A DNA stretch of 64,000 bases from the human T2T-CHM13v2.0 reference genome, Homo sapiens. The notes beneath the pieces were generated by a model. That model was not told the origin of the DNA. It ran no database searches and saw nothing but the letters and a program-made list of their open reading frames with translations. The stretch lies in the NCBI RefSeq assembly GCF_009914755.1, contig NC_060930.1. One strand, written 5' to 3'. Positions 37,370 through 50,542 of this stretch are shown here, piece after piece (position 1 is the stretch's first letter; each line of letters begins with the position of its first letter). A program made the position numbers and the translations under genes.

Positions 37370-37829
37370 GACTTTGAACCTTTAAAACAGAACAGAAGCA
37401 GGAGTAGGGAAGATTTTCCCCATCTTTCCAGGATCACCAACATACAGAAGTAATAAAAAAAATGTATATAGCTTTTTCTTAGAGAAACATAAAACATTCA
37501 GCTCATGTGCTGTTTAAATTAAGAACAAGGAAATGAAAGATTTATTCAACAAGTAAAATAAATATTTTTAAAAGAATTATCAGGCACATTTTATGTCCAG
37601 TTTGGGGCAAAGAGTGAGAAGAAGAGTAGGAATGATAGTGAAGTAGAGTGAGGAAGAAGCTGTGTAAAGAGAAATGTGAAGTATAGATGCAGTAAGAAGG
37701 AAAAGGGAAAATGAGAGAGAAAAAAGGCAAAATAGTCACTAGGGGAGAGAGAGGGTAGAAGGTTTCCATAGATTGTGAAGTATAAATCACAAGCTTCAGC
37801 ACACTAGGACCATAGATTCCAGGATGTTA

Positions 37830-38985
37830 TTATTATCTATTTAATAATTCATTCGCTGGACACCCACCACATACCTCTTCTGACTTGGGGCCTCTTCTGA
37901 CTTGGGGAATATGGTATAAAACAAAACAAAGCACCTCTTTTTTTTTTTTAACTTATAGGTGATAAACAAGAAAATATGTGTTAGACATATTCTATTAAGA
38001 TAAAAACAAAGCAAGGGAATATTTAGTGACTGAAAACACTGTTTTAGATTATGTGGTCAGTATGGTCTGTGAGGAGATGAAATTTAAGCTGAGATGTAAA
38101 TAGAGGGAAGAATCTGACTTTGTGACAATATGACAATCACTCCAGGCCAAAAAAACAGGTACAAAGTCCTCAAAGCAAGAAGGGGTTTACCAAGTTAGAG
38201 GAAAAGACCAAAGGTGAGTGCGGCTGAGGTATGAGGAAAAAAGAGGCATAATACAATGTAAAAGAGTGATTTTTAGGGCAGTGAAACTACTCTGCATGAT
38301 ACTACGATATTGGATACATGTTATCATAAATTTGTCCAAACCCACAGAATTTACAACACAAAAGTGAACCCTAATGTAAACTGTGGCTCTGGGTGATAAT
38401 AATGCATTAGTGCAGGTTCATCATTCTGGTGAAGGATGTTGATAATGAGAAGGGTATGCATGTGTAGAGGCAGGGGCTATATAGGAAATCTCTGTATCTT
38501 ACACTCAATGTTGCTGTGAGCCTAAAACTACTCTAAAAAATAGAATCTATTAATAGTAAATAAAGTCAGAGTGGTAGGCAAGAGCTAGATTATGAAACAC
38601 TGTAAGGAGACTGCTAGTAGGCTATTGTAATAATCCAAGCTGGAGGTGATAGTGACTCAGACTGGTGTAATGGCTGTCAGAATAATGTGCTTTGGCAAAG
38701 AGTCAGTTAATTTACTAATGGGCTGCATGTTACAAATAAGAGAGAGAGAAGAATCAGAGTTGTTTAATGAAATTTGAGATTGAGGAGTAGGTGGCCGATG
38801 ATGCCATGTACTGAGCTGAAGAAACACAGGGGATGTGGAGGTTTTCTGTTATTGGTTTCAGTTGCATGTAGTGTTGTGGGGCTGGAGAATCAGAAGATCT
38901 CTTTGGACATGTGAAGTCTATGGAGCCTATTAGACATCCAGGTGGTGTTGAGTAGGAAGCTGGATATACAGCTCTAGAGCTCTTA
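37830..38985 (-). mobile_element. L2 split by an L1MC insertion
   Basis: 'tgaggagatgaaatttaagctgagat...ccaggc' and later 'gtaggctattgtaataatccaagctggaggtgatagtgact...tttggacatgtgaagtct..gagcctattagacatccaggtgg..ttgagtagg..gctggatataca'. Confidence 0.75.
38262..38553 (+). mobile_element. L1MC1/2-type 3' end
   Basis: 'gatttttagggcagtgaaactactctgcatgatact...tttgtccaaacccacagaat..acaacac..agtgaaccctaatgtaaact...gctgtgagcctaaaactactctaaaaaata'. Confidence 0.85.
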
Positions 38986-39879
38986 CTAAAATTCTTAATT
39001 TTCGCAATTTCTTTCTCTACAGATTTTCTATACTCAGATACTTTAACATGAGGAAAGTAAACAGGAATAATGGTGAGAATGAATCTCTGCACTGTCACAT
39101 CATTAATCAAAACAATACTAGCGGCAAGATCTAGATAAAATCAAACTCAGGATCAAAGCAAACACTGAGTCATGAGGTCCATTGTTTCAGCAGAAAGGAA
39201 GTACATTCTCTACATGGAAACTTGAGAGGTTAATACCCTAGAAATCTGTAAATACCAAACTGGTCAAGTAAAAGAAAATAGGAAAAGAGATTACCTTAAT
39301 TTGGATAAATTAACTTGGTGGGAAATACTCTTATCAGAGATGAATGTTTTCTGCAAGGCTTAAGGATTTGGAACACTAATTAAAAGTTACAAAATATGTA
39401 GATTTCAAACATATTTGTTATTTTGCTTATGTTGATGTATAAAGCTGATGTCAGTTTCTAGTTAACTATTTTATTAATATAAAATATTATTCATAAGATA
39501 TCTCACATCAATAGGACCTGATCTCTAAAAGGTCAATTGTGTGTGTGATTTATAGGCATAGCCTGAGCCCAGTGCTCAATGTCTAAGTTAAGATAGAATA
39601 TTATTTGATTAGTCATATTGTTTTAGCAGTTGAAATAAAATATAAGGAAATATTAACATGACAATAGCAAGCCAAATAGATCTATTTTTATATCTATAGA
39701 TGAAACACTGCTCCGTAAGATTATATTTGAAATAATTTGTCAATACTTATTAAAAAATTTCAAAGAATACCCCATGCCCCAACACTCCCTCTTCATCAAG
39801 AAGCTTCACAATTAGGAGGAATGGAATGTCTGGCAAACTTAATGCATTGTATTAAAGTCTATAAAAAACAAAAAAAAGG

Positions 39880-40211
39880 GACCGGGCATGGTGGCTCACG
39901 CTTGTAATCCCAGCACTTTGGGAGGCCAAGGCGGGCGGATCACGAGGTCAAGAGTTCGAAACCAGCTTGGCCAACACAGTGAAACACCGTCTCTACTAAA
40001 AATACAAAAATTAGCTGGGTGTGGTGGTGTGCACCTGTAATCCCAGCAACCTGGGAGACTGAGGCAGGAGAATCGCTTGAACCTGACAGGCAGAAGTTGC
40101 AGTGAGCCAAGATCCAAGATTGCATCACTGCGCTCCAGCCTGGGCAACAGAGCTAGACTCTGTCTCAAAACAAACAAACAAACAAAAACAAAAACAAACA
40201 AAAAACAAAAA
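39880..40211 (+). mobile_element. AluS (Sg-like) with (CAAA)n tail
   Basis: Full dimer; 'ggatcacgaggtcaagagttcga' has the 2-nt deletion; internal 7-bp duplication ccaagat-ccaagat. Confidence 0.96.
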
Positions 40212-40214
40212 CGG

Positions 40215-40507
40215 GGCCGGGATTGGTGGCTCAGGCCTGTAATCCCAGTACTTTGGGAGGCCGAGGCTGGCGGATCACCTGAGGTTGGGAGCTTGGGACC
40301 AGACTGACCAACATGGAGAAACCCTGTCTCTACTAAAAATACAAAATTAGCCAAGTGTGGTGGTGCATGCCTGTAATCCCAGGTACTCAGGAGGCTAAGG
40401 CAGGAGAATTGCTTGAACCCAGGAGGCAGAGGTGGTGAGCGGCGATCGTACCATTGCACTCCAGCCTGGGCAACAACAGTGAAACTCCATCTCCAAAAAA
40501 AAAAAAA
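40215..40507 (+). mobile_element. AluSp
   Basis: Sp diagnostics 'ctgaccaacatggagaaaccc' and 'ggcaacaa.agtgaaactcc'; directly follows the upstream Alu. Confidence 0.95.
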
Positions 40508-40700
40508 GCAGGCAATTTTTGGCCACCTACATGCATATAGTCAAAAATAATTACCTTAAATGCAGGGAGAAATTTGTTTCAAAGTATTTAAAATATGCTT
40601 AATTTTAAGAATTGAGATTAAAAATATGAATTCAAAATGAATTTTGTTGCCTTTAAATAAGCATTATACACTCATATGACTTTCTCACAAGTACAGAAAT

Positions 40701-40776
40701 TGTGTGCGTGTGTGTGTGTGTGTGTTCATAATCCCTTGGAAATTTCTTTCATGTAAGAAACACATACACACACACA
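40701..40776. repeat. (TG)n and (CA)n microsatellites facing each other
   Basis: (TG)n at 40701-40725; (CA)n at 40761-40776. Confidence 0.9.
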
Positions 40777-41749
40777 GTATTTCCAGAATTCCAGATTTTA
40801 AAAATGCAGTATTTCAGATTAAAACCCAGTCTTGAATCTTACGTGTGCATATTCTGGCAAATTTCCTGTATGTATTTTGTATGTACATATGTTTTTGAAC
40901 ATCTGTAATATATAAGACAGAAATGAATGAGGCTGGAAGCTGGTGTGCTGATAGGGAGAGTGTGCCTCTCACAGAGCCTTAGGCTGTACTTATTTCTCTT
41001 CTACAATGTTTTCACTTTCCTTTCCACATTAGGCCATATCGGTTAGGGTGTTAGCACTAACCTGCAACAATATATCTCATAGATAACAATACACCCAATC
41101 TTTGGACTCTTGGCTTCTCCAAGAAATAGATTATATTGGTATATTTTCCCAATGACTAAAGAAAATAAGGATTTATCTAGATACAGTTCATCACTGTTCA
41201 AACCCCTTGTATGAGAACTTTCTAGGTAGTCTTTAGGTTCTTTTCCAAGTATCTGTGACACCAACTACTTTTGAAGAGTGCTAAAATGTTACTTTGCTAT
41301 TGTTTTACCTGGCAAAAAAATAAAGTTAAAAAATCATATTTGCCATTAATTTATCTTTACTTAACACTAGAAAATGAGCCAAAATGTAATTCATAATGAG
41401 AATTTCAGCTAAAGCAGAATGATGGTACTTAGCATAAGACTAAGGTGACAAAAATTTGGTATCATTTTCCTTATACAAGTAATTACTTGTTTCAATCATT
41501 GATTTATACAAGTAACTTACAAATATATTTCATTAAGAAGATATCAAATTATACCAAAGTATACTGAGTAAAAATCAATTTTGGATTTAAGGATGTTCAG
41601 AGCACATGCTATTATCTTCTCTGCCTACACCAAATCCATGTAAATAATAGCAAATATAAAAGGCATAAAAGTGGAATATGACTGAATGTCCTATTGAATG
41701 AATGAAAGGACACATAGCAACACCGAAAAAACAGAAGAAGCATGCCATG

Positions 41750-43345
<1,596 letters not shown>

Positions 43346-43475
43346 GTTGTTTCTAAAATAAAGTAAATATTTATACCTGAGAAATTTTCAAAACTTTTTA
43401 TTGCAGCATTGGTTTGTAAAAAACAAAATTAGAAAGCAACCCAATAAATAAATAAATAAAAGCCACCCCTATTCA

Positions 43476-43549
43476 AAATCTGCATTTGAAAACTAAAGAA
43501 AAAAGTAGAAATCTGCATTTGAAAACTAAAGAAAAAAGTAGAAATCTGC
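43476..43549. repeat. Perfect 33-bp tandem duplication
   Basis: aaatctgcatttgaaaactaaagaaaaaagtag twice, then aaatctgc. Confidence 0.95.
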
Positions 43550-44345
43550 CTTTGCCATCAATCAATCCCCATTCTCCATTTCTCAGGTAACTACTATTAC
43601 TGTTATAGTATCTGTCATTCCAGATTTATTCCCTATGTGCTTACATGTTTTGGCTGATTGATTGATAGGTAGATAACAGAATCTAGAACCATAGCGCATT
43701 GCTTCGTGACTATAGTGTAGATACAGTCATACTACAGATTAGTTTATGCTGTATATATTATTCTACAACTTTCTTTACACTTAGCAGTTCTATGCCAGTA
43801 TGCCATTATCTCATTCTTTTTAAATGTTGAATAGTATTTTATAGTATGTTTGTACTATGTTTAATTTAGCCACTACCCCACTGATGAAAATTTAGGTTGT
43901 GAAAAAAATGGTTCAGTTTTACAATCTTTTAAGCATCCATTAAAAGGTCTTTAAAATGTCTCTCTGGAGATATATCTGAGCAGTTTCCCAGTCTAAAAAT
44001 CTGAAAATTAAATTGCTAGGCTGAAGTGTATATTCATTTTTAATTCACATAGGTGAATTACCAAAATGCTTTTCAAAATGACTCTTCTAGTTTACACATC
44101 CAACAAAGTATTCGAAAGTACTGAGTATTATCAGCCTTTTAAATGTTTTTGCCAAATTGATCTTTCTGTTTTAAACTACAGCTTTAAATTACACATGACT
44201 GAGCATATTTTATTAGTTCATTAGCCATTTTCATGTTTTCTTCTATGAATTGCCTATTTCTAACTTTTTTCCCATTTTTTTGTTTGGCTGTCTTTTTATT
44301 GATTTATACAAGTTCTTCATGTATTCTGGATATTAAATCATTGTA
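43550..44345 (-). mobile_element. L1ME-type fragment
   Basis: 'tttaaatgttgaatagtattttatagtatg...atttagccactacccca.tgatgaaaatttaggttg...ttttcttctatgaattgcctattt...gttcttcatgtattctggatattaa'. Confidence 0.7.
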
Positions 44346-44879
44346 TTATACATTATTATATTTTATTTCAGCCTTGTCTTGCTTTATAATTTTGTTATCT
44401 TTCCTTATACCAGCATTTTTTAAAATTTTGATATTAAAAGTTACATAATTTAAAAGGATTTTGCAAAGCCTTCACTAATATTCCAAAACACTTTCTCAGC
44501 AGTCAGTAAAACACTCAAAATAAGTTTGTTCATGTTTTAAGACAACAAAATTAGGTGTTTTCTAAAAGATATGAAGACATTTAAATTGTTTTAATTTTAA
44601 TAACAATATTTGAATTTGTATGCATTAATTCAAAAGTGTTTCGAGATAAGGAGGCATCATGAATAACTTGAAAAGACAGGGACAGTTACTTGACATTTGG
44701 AAAAAATTCTGTTTAGATCCTCACCTTATACCATATACAAAAACAAAATCAGACAATTAAGAAATTTAAAGTTATAAAAAGATATCAAACCATTAAAAAT
44801 GTGTAAGATAGGTGAATATTTATCTGATCTTTGAATAGGGTAAGATTTTCTGAGATTAAAAATTCTGGAACAAATTATT

Positions 44880-45714
44880 ATTTTTAATTTTTTTAATTTT
44901 AATGTTTTTGGGGTACAGTTGGTTTTTGGTTACATGGATAAGTTCTTGAGTGGTGATTTCTGAGATTTAGTGCATCTGTCACCTAAGCAGTCTACACTGT
45001 ACCTAATATCTAGCCTTTTATCCGTCACCCTCCCTAAGTTCCCCAAGTCCATTTCATCACTCTTATGCCTTTTCATTCTTGTAACTTAGCTCCCACTTAC
45101 AAGTGAGAACATATGATATTTGGTTTTCCATTCCTGAGTTACTCCACTTAGAAAAATGGCATCCAGCTCCATCCAAGTTGCTACAAAGACATTGTTTCAT
45201 TCCTTTTTATGGCTGAGTAGTATACCATGTTATAGATGTAATACATTTCTTTAATCCATTCATTGGTTGATGGGTACTTAGATTGGTTCCATATATTTGC
45301 AACTGTGAACTGTGCTGCTATAAACAAGTGTGTGCATGTGTTTTTTTCATATAATGATTTCTTTTCCTTTGGGTAGATACCCAGTAGTGGAATTGCTGGA
45401 GCAAATGGTAGCTCTACTTTTAGTTCCTTAAGGAACCTCCATACTGTTTTCCAAATGTACTAATTTACATTCCCACCAGCAGTGTAGAAGTGTTCCCTTC
45501 TCACCACATCCACACTAACGTCTCTTGGTTTTTGACTTTTTAATTATGGCCATTCTTGCAGGAGTGAGGTGGTATCTCATTGTGATTTTAATTTGTATTT
45601 CCCTGATGGTTAGTGATATTGAGCATTTTTTCGTTTGTTGGCTGTGTGTATATCTTGAGAAATGTCTTGTATCCATTGCCCACTTTTTGATGGGTTTATT
45701 TTTTTTTCTTGCTG
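44880..45714 (-). mobile_element. L1PB1-like 3' end
   Basis: 'ttttggggtacagttggtttttggttacatggataagttctt.agtggtgatttctgagattt...cttagctcccacttacaagtgagaacat...gggtagatacccagtagtgg'; flanks ggaacaaatt/ggaacaattt may be a TSD. Confidence 0.92.
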
Positions 45715-46339
45715 AAAGGAACAATTTTTTAAAAAAAGACTGATTAATCTGAATTCTAAATGACTCAAAAATAAAATTTTTATTATATTTTATTTGAGTC
45801 TAAATGATACTTAACAACTAAAAATTTTAATAAATGCAATACACAAAAGACTCACATTTTAGCTTTAAAAAATTCCCATGGAAATTTATAAGAAAATACC
45901 AAGATACCCAAGGGATAACAGAGTAAAGCACTTAAACAATTCACAAAAGAAGAAACACAGATAAAAAAGATTTCAAATTTGCAGTCATCAAAGAAATCAA
46001 ATTAAAACTGCATAAAATATTTGGCAAAAAAAAATCAGCAACTGTTACTGGATTTAGTTTAAAAATGAGCCAATTCTGCTGAGAATAAAAATTAGAGTTA
46101 AGGTTAAGCTTAGAAGAACATGCCCCTTCTCTCCTGATAAAACTGGCATGTATCAAAAATATTAAAATGGTCAGACTTGAGCATTTGGCCTGGGAGTTTT
46201 TATTCTAATAATCAATTCTAAGGAGACAATCCAAAATGCAGATAAAAATATAAGCCCAAAGGTTTTTTTTAATAATATTAATAAAAGCTTAAAATGCAAA
46301 AAAGAAATAACCTAATCACTCAACATTATAACTTCATAC

Positions 46340-46580
46340 AATAAGTATTTATTGCTCACCTACAATGTGCCAGCCCTGCTAAAGGGTTAGAGAGTTAGTG
46401 CACAATAAGGCAGATAAGGAGCTCATGATCCAGAGGGGCCAGAGTAAACAGTAAATGAATGACTATCTCCTAGAGTCTCCCAGCAGCCTGCCTCTGCAGA
46501 TCTGGGGGAAAGTCCTACAGGCAGAGGAAATGGCAGTGCAAAGGTCCTGAGCTCCAGGAAGGAACTAGATTTTCAAGACT
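46340..46580 (-). mobile_element. L2 3' fragment
   Basis: 'aataagtatttattgctcacctacaatgtgccagccctgctaa...caggcagaggaaatggcagtgcaaaggtcctgag'. Confidence 0.8.
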
Positions 46581-48024
46581 TTGCAAAGAAAAAAAAAAAA
46601 GAGGAAGAAAAAGAAGACAGTCATAAAAGCCCACGTTGCTGAGCTGCTGAACACAGTATTAAGGCAATTCCACAATAAGAAAATAACTAAACAATACATG
46701 TATGTTGTAAAACACTGTTTAGCGTAAGTGATATAAATTTGCAAAGGGTTTTCAGTAATATGGGAAATGCTTATAATATCATGTCATGTAAAAAAGTAGG
46801 AACAAAACTTTATGTATTTTACTGTCACAGCTATGGAAAAATTGCATAGAAGACTCACTGGAAAGAAAACTGCAGTGTTAAGAATAATTGCTCCTAAGAG
46901 AGCAGAGCAGGACTTTTTTCTCTCTTTTTTGACAGTATTTTATTATTTTCAAATTCTCTATAAAGAGAACATATTAATTTAATAAGCCAGGAATGTTTAA
47001 AACTGGAGAATAAAGAAAACATACCCAGTGAATATTTCACTCAGCTTACAAAAAAATCAACCTAAAGCTACACATCTCAGCATTCCTTCACGTAGGCTGC
47101 AGAGATTTTTCATTACCTTGTGCTAGCAGGGCATGGTTTTAATGCTTCTAATGCATGCCTTTTATTTGGCTGTCCTGTTGATGCATTTTACTGAAGTCAC
47201 ATTTACAGAAGCCCCTGAACAAGACACTTAAGCTGCCTTCACACCACTGTCTCTTCTCTCACTTTCAGCCATCCCATTTCCACCCCCACTAAATTTAATA
47301 TGCTGAAATATGAGAGAATTTGAGTGCTAGCTTTGCTCAGATGATGGAGGATCTTGACAGCAACTCCATCCCCTTGTAAAAACTCTCAGTCAGCATGAAA
47401 CCTACTTAGTATAATAAACACCACAGCATGAACTATTTTTGCAGGTGAGTTGTCTTGTGGGCAGCCCACCCATAAATTAAGAGGACAGGCTAGAACAAGA
47501 AAAGTTGCTCCAACAAGAAGAGGGGGAAATAGAGTTTAGCCTCGAACCCCCCACAGACTGAAGGTCATAGGCCTGCTGAGACTGACAATTCATTATAATT
47601 TATTAGTGAGAGCATTTTTCCTTAAACCAGCAGGAGCATTAGAACCTGACACATTACTTTTAAAAACTCAATAGAAACTGAAAAGGTTTGCAGAGGACAT
47701 GAGATATATGGAACACCAGAAAGGAAGGCAAAGCTTATGGCTTGTCAACCAAACTTGGATTTTCTTATAAGCAAAAGGACTTTCCAAATGTTATTGGAAT
47801 CTTAGTGGGTGCTATAATAGCGAAATTATAAACTCCTGGGATCCCTCCTCTAACTTACTGTTAGTTTTCAGAGTTTCTAGAATTATCTATAAAATATTGT
47901 GCAGGAATTAATAACTCATGTCATTACTAATATAAGTAAGGCCTAATCTATTTCAACTCCCAATATGAACAAATTTTACCATATTGATTTTTAACATTGC
48001 AGCTATCCAATGAGTCTTCAAAAG

Positions 48025-48280
48025 AGCATTTTTAAAAGTGTATCCCATGTAATATTAATTTTTGCATGGCATTCTTCAGAAAAAAAATTTAAAGATTCTG
48101 CAGTCAAATAAGTTTGGGGAACTCCGATATCCCCTGGATTCTCAATGTCTATTGCTGTATTAAAGGTTTTGAGAAACCTGGAAGTAAAGAAAACTATTTG
48201 AACCATATATAACTTTTGAATATTTTTGCACAAGGTATCTTTTAACACAAATGCTCTAGAGAAATTTGAAATAAGCTGTC
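48025..48280. mobile_element. Old hAT-Charlie MITE (MER103C-like); a related fragment may lie at ~35910-35995
   Basis: 'aaagattctgcagtcaaataagtttggggaac...tattaaaggttttgagaa.cctg.aagtaaagaaa'. Confidence 0.5.
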
Positions 48281-48764
48281 TTAAAACAGTGTTGCCTGCC
48301 TCTCAGAACTATAATGAAGAAAAAAAATTATCAACTATGAATGGCCCAAACATCAGGTGCTGATAAGAAAATTGCTGCACCGTCATTTGGTGGCATTTAT
48401 TTTTATTTCCCTTCCAGAGATCCTACAATCTTAGTGAGATCCTAGTTTTAAATGTGATTGGGATCTCAATGTAATTAAATTAAATGTGATTGGGGTAGAG
48501 GGGGGAATTGAGTGGTTCACCCAGCAGCCCTCCTTTTTCTTGACACCGTCTCTCCTCTTTCCCTTTCATAATGTCATATGATATAAAAGGGTATCTAACC
48601 TAATACAGCAGATACTCTGATATCCAACATGTGTTTCCTTGCATAGGGTACACCTGGTATCTAATTAATTAGAGGAGCAACCAAATTATGATTTTATTTC
48701 TGAATTCTAGAGTTCCTACAAAATGTACACTTCAATGTGAACATAGTAAAATACTTAATATCAG

Positions 48765-50542
48765 GAAAAACAATTTCTTATATTTATTTTCATTCTACTG
48801 GCTGATTTCAACCTGATTCAACTCATATTATACTTGAACTTTCACCAGGTTTGACCTAGGCTTCCTTGATCTTCCTGAATTGAAACGGAAAGTTAGTTAG
48901 AGTAATACAGAGAAGAAGCAGAAATCTAATACAAGAATGAGTATTATCCATAAAATAAGAACAGTTAGTTTGTGAGTCAAGCCCACCTTGAATGTATTTT
49001 GACAAAACGATCTTAATATGTGGATATAGTATGCTGTCTAAAAGTATTAAGAATCATATAGCAATATTAAATGGAATGGAGGAAAACAAGTGAAAGCTTT
49101 CAAATATACCATTATTATTCTAATTACTAAAGCTGGATGGAACAGCTGCATTGTTTTCTACAGTTTGCTATCTGCTTGTTGTCCTTTCTAAGTTCAGCAC
49201 ATCATTATAGTTCCTAAAATCTTTACCTTCTTGAAGTCCTTAATAGTTCCAATGACTTCCTTTAAGTTAAAATGTACATGCTAAACCATCTGTAATAAAT
49301 GGAAAATAATACTAGAACTTGTTCTAAAATGTAATGCACTTTTTTCTGATAACAAAGGAAGAAGAAAACTATGTTTTTGAATCTGCAAACATTTGACAAA
49401 GGCTCACTCACCAAGGGAGACAGTGAATGAAAAGCCCAAAGAAGGCTGACTAATGACTCAATGTTATGCATAGTAGGAGTGACATGCTTGGCCTACCTGC
49501 TCATCTACAACCTGACTGAGTGCATCACCAGTGTGACCACCTGGAATAGGAGGACCTCAAGCCAGACAAATAACAATGACCATGGATGAACAAGAGAAAG
49601 TGATGAAGACTCTGTTGTTGGATAACTTACTGACAGCGGGGGATGTCTAGATCTCAGAGGGTTAAAAAGAAAAAGAAGAGGTAAGGTAGGAGAAGTGGTA
49701 CAGTATGGGCTCTGGCATGGAACCTCCAGAGTTCAGAGCCTGACTCGGCTGCCTCTAATATTAAATTAATCAGGACATTAATAGGAATTATCCAATAGGA
49801 TTACAGTGATTGGATGAGGCCATGTTTGTAAGCAGAGAATAGAGCCGAGCACATGGTTCGTACTTAATAAGTATTCCTTATTATTAAGATAACACATTCT
49901 TTCTTTATATATCCTATGGAAAGGCATGCACACTCTGCTATGTACCTGCAGAGGACAAAACTAGGACCAATAAATGAGGTTACAAAGAGACAGAGTTAAA
50001 TTCAAGAGAAGAAAAAAAATGAATAAAGTTTGAAATTTGTGAATTAGGAGTTGAAGGAGTCCTTTCTGTTTCCAGCTACAGTTTATATTGTCTGCCTATG
50101 GCATATGGTGTTGCCTCAAGCAGTGTGATGGCATTCCAGCAGAGGGTGGGCACTTACACTGACAGTTGTAAAGGAGATTTCTCCATTAGGTGGTAGATTA
50201 GTGCTGTGCCCTACTCTAAGGTTTTAAGACTTCTCAACATCTCTGCCTATCTATACCACAAAACACCTCTAATAGATATATAAATGCTAATTTTTCATAA
50301 GGGAAAGAAAGCACAAAAGATGTATTATCGGTGTGAAGGTTTGGTCTAACTGCTCCAACAAATGCAATGCACACACATCAGGACTCAAACAAGAAAGAAA
50401 TTTGTTTTGTTGTGTTGTACTTTGTTTTTCAGAAATCAGTCCAGTGTAAGCATTAGAACTGCTTTGCTAGTTTCTCCTCACCTGTGGCTCTGTTGTCCAC
50501 AACACACTTCCCTCACATGATCCAGTATTGTCACTAGATCTC
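48765..50542 (-). other. Candidate 3' end of a spliced non-coding transcript: exon-like segments 50542-50482, 49289-49227 and 48874-~48765
   Basis: AG acceptors with pyrimidine tracts; donors CAG|GTGAGG and AAG|GTAAAG; branch point CTAACTAAC; AATAAA at 48788-48783. No transcript evidence. Confidence 0.3.
49690..49890 (+). mobile_element. MIR
   Basis: 'agtatgggctctggc...gagttcagagcctgactcggctgc...gcacatggttcgtacttaataagtatt'. Confidence 0.6.

Larger units (their letters stand above)
44690..46985 (+). mobile_element. Scattered old L1ME fragments, interrupted by L1PB and L2
   Basis: 'tttagatcctcaccttataccatatacaaaaa', 'aacaattcacaaaagaagaaacacagat', 'gtcatcaaagaaatcaaattaaaact', 'atatgggaaatgctt'. 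Confidence 0.5.

Noticed and set aside
37021-37497. 158-aa ORF with clear protein similarity
   Set aside because: It is the C-terminus of L1 ORF2p in a 5'-truncated element that lacks the promoter, EN and RT domains.
39896-40459. Longest ORF (187 aa, minus strand)
   Set aside because: Antisense read-through of two tandem Alus; typical Alu-derived peptide ([14 protein letters not shown]...), not a gene.
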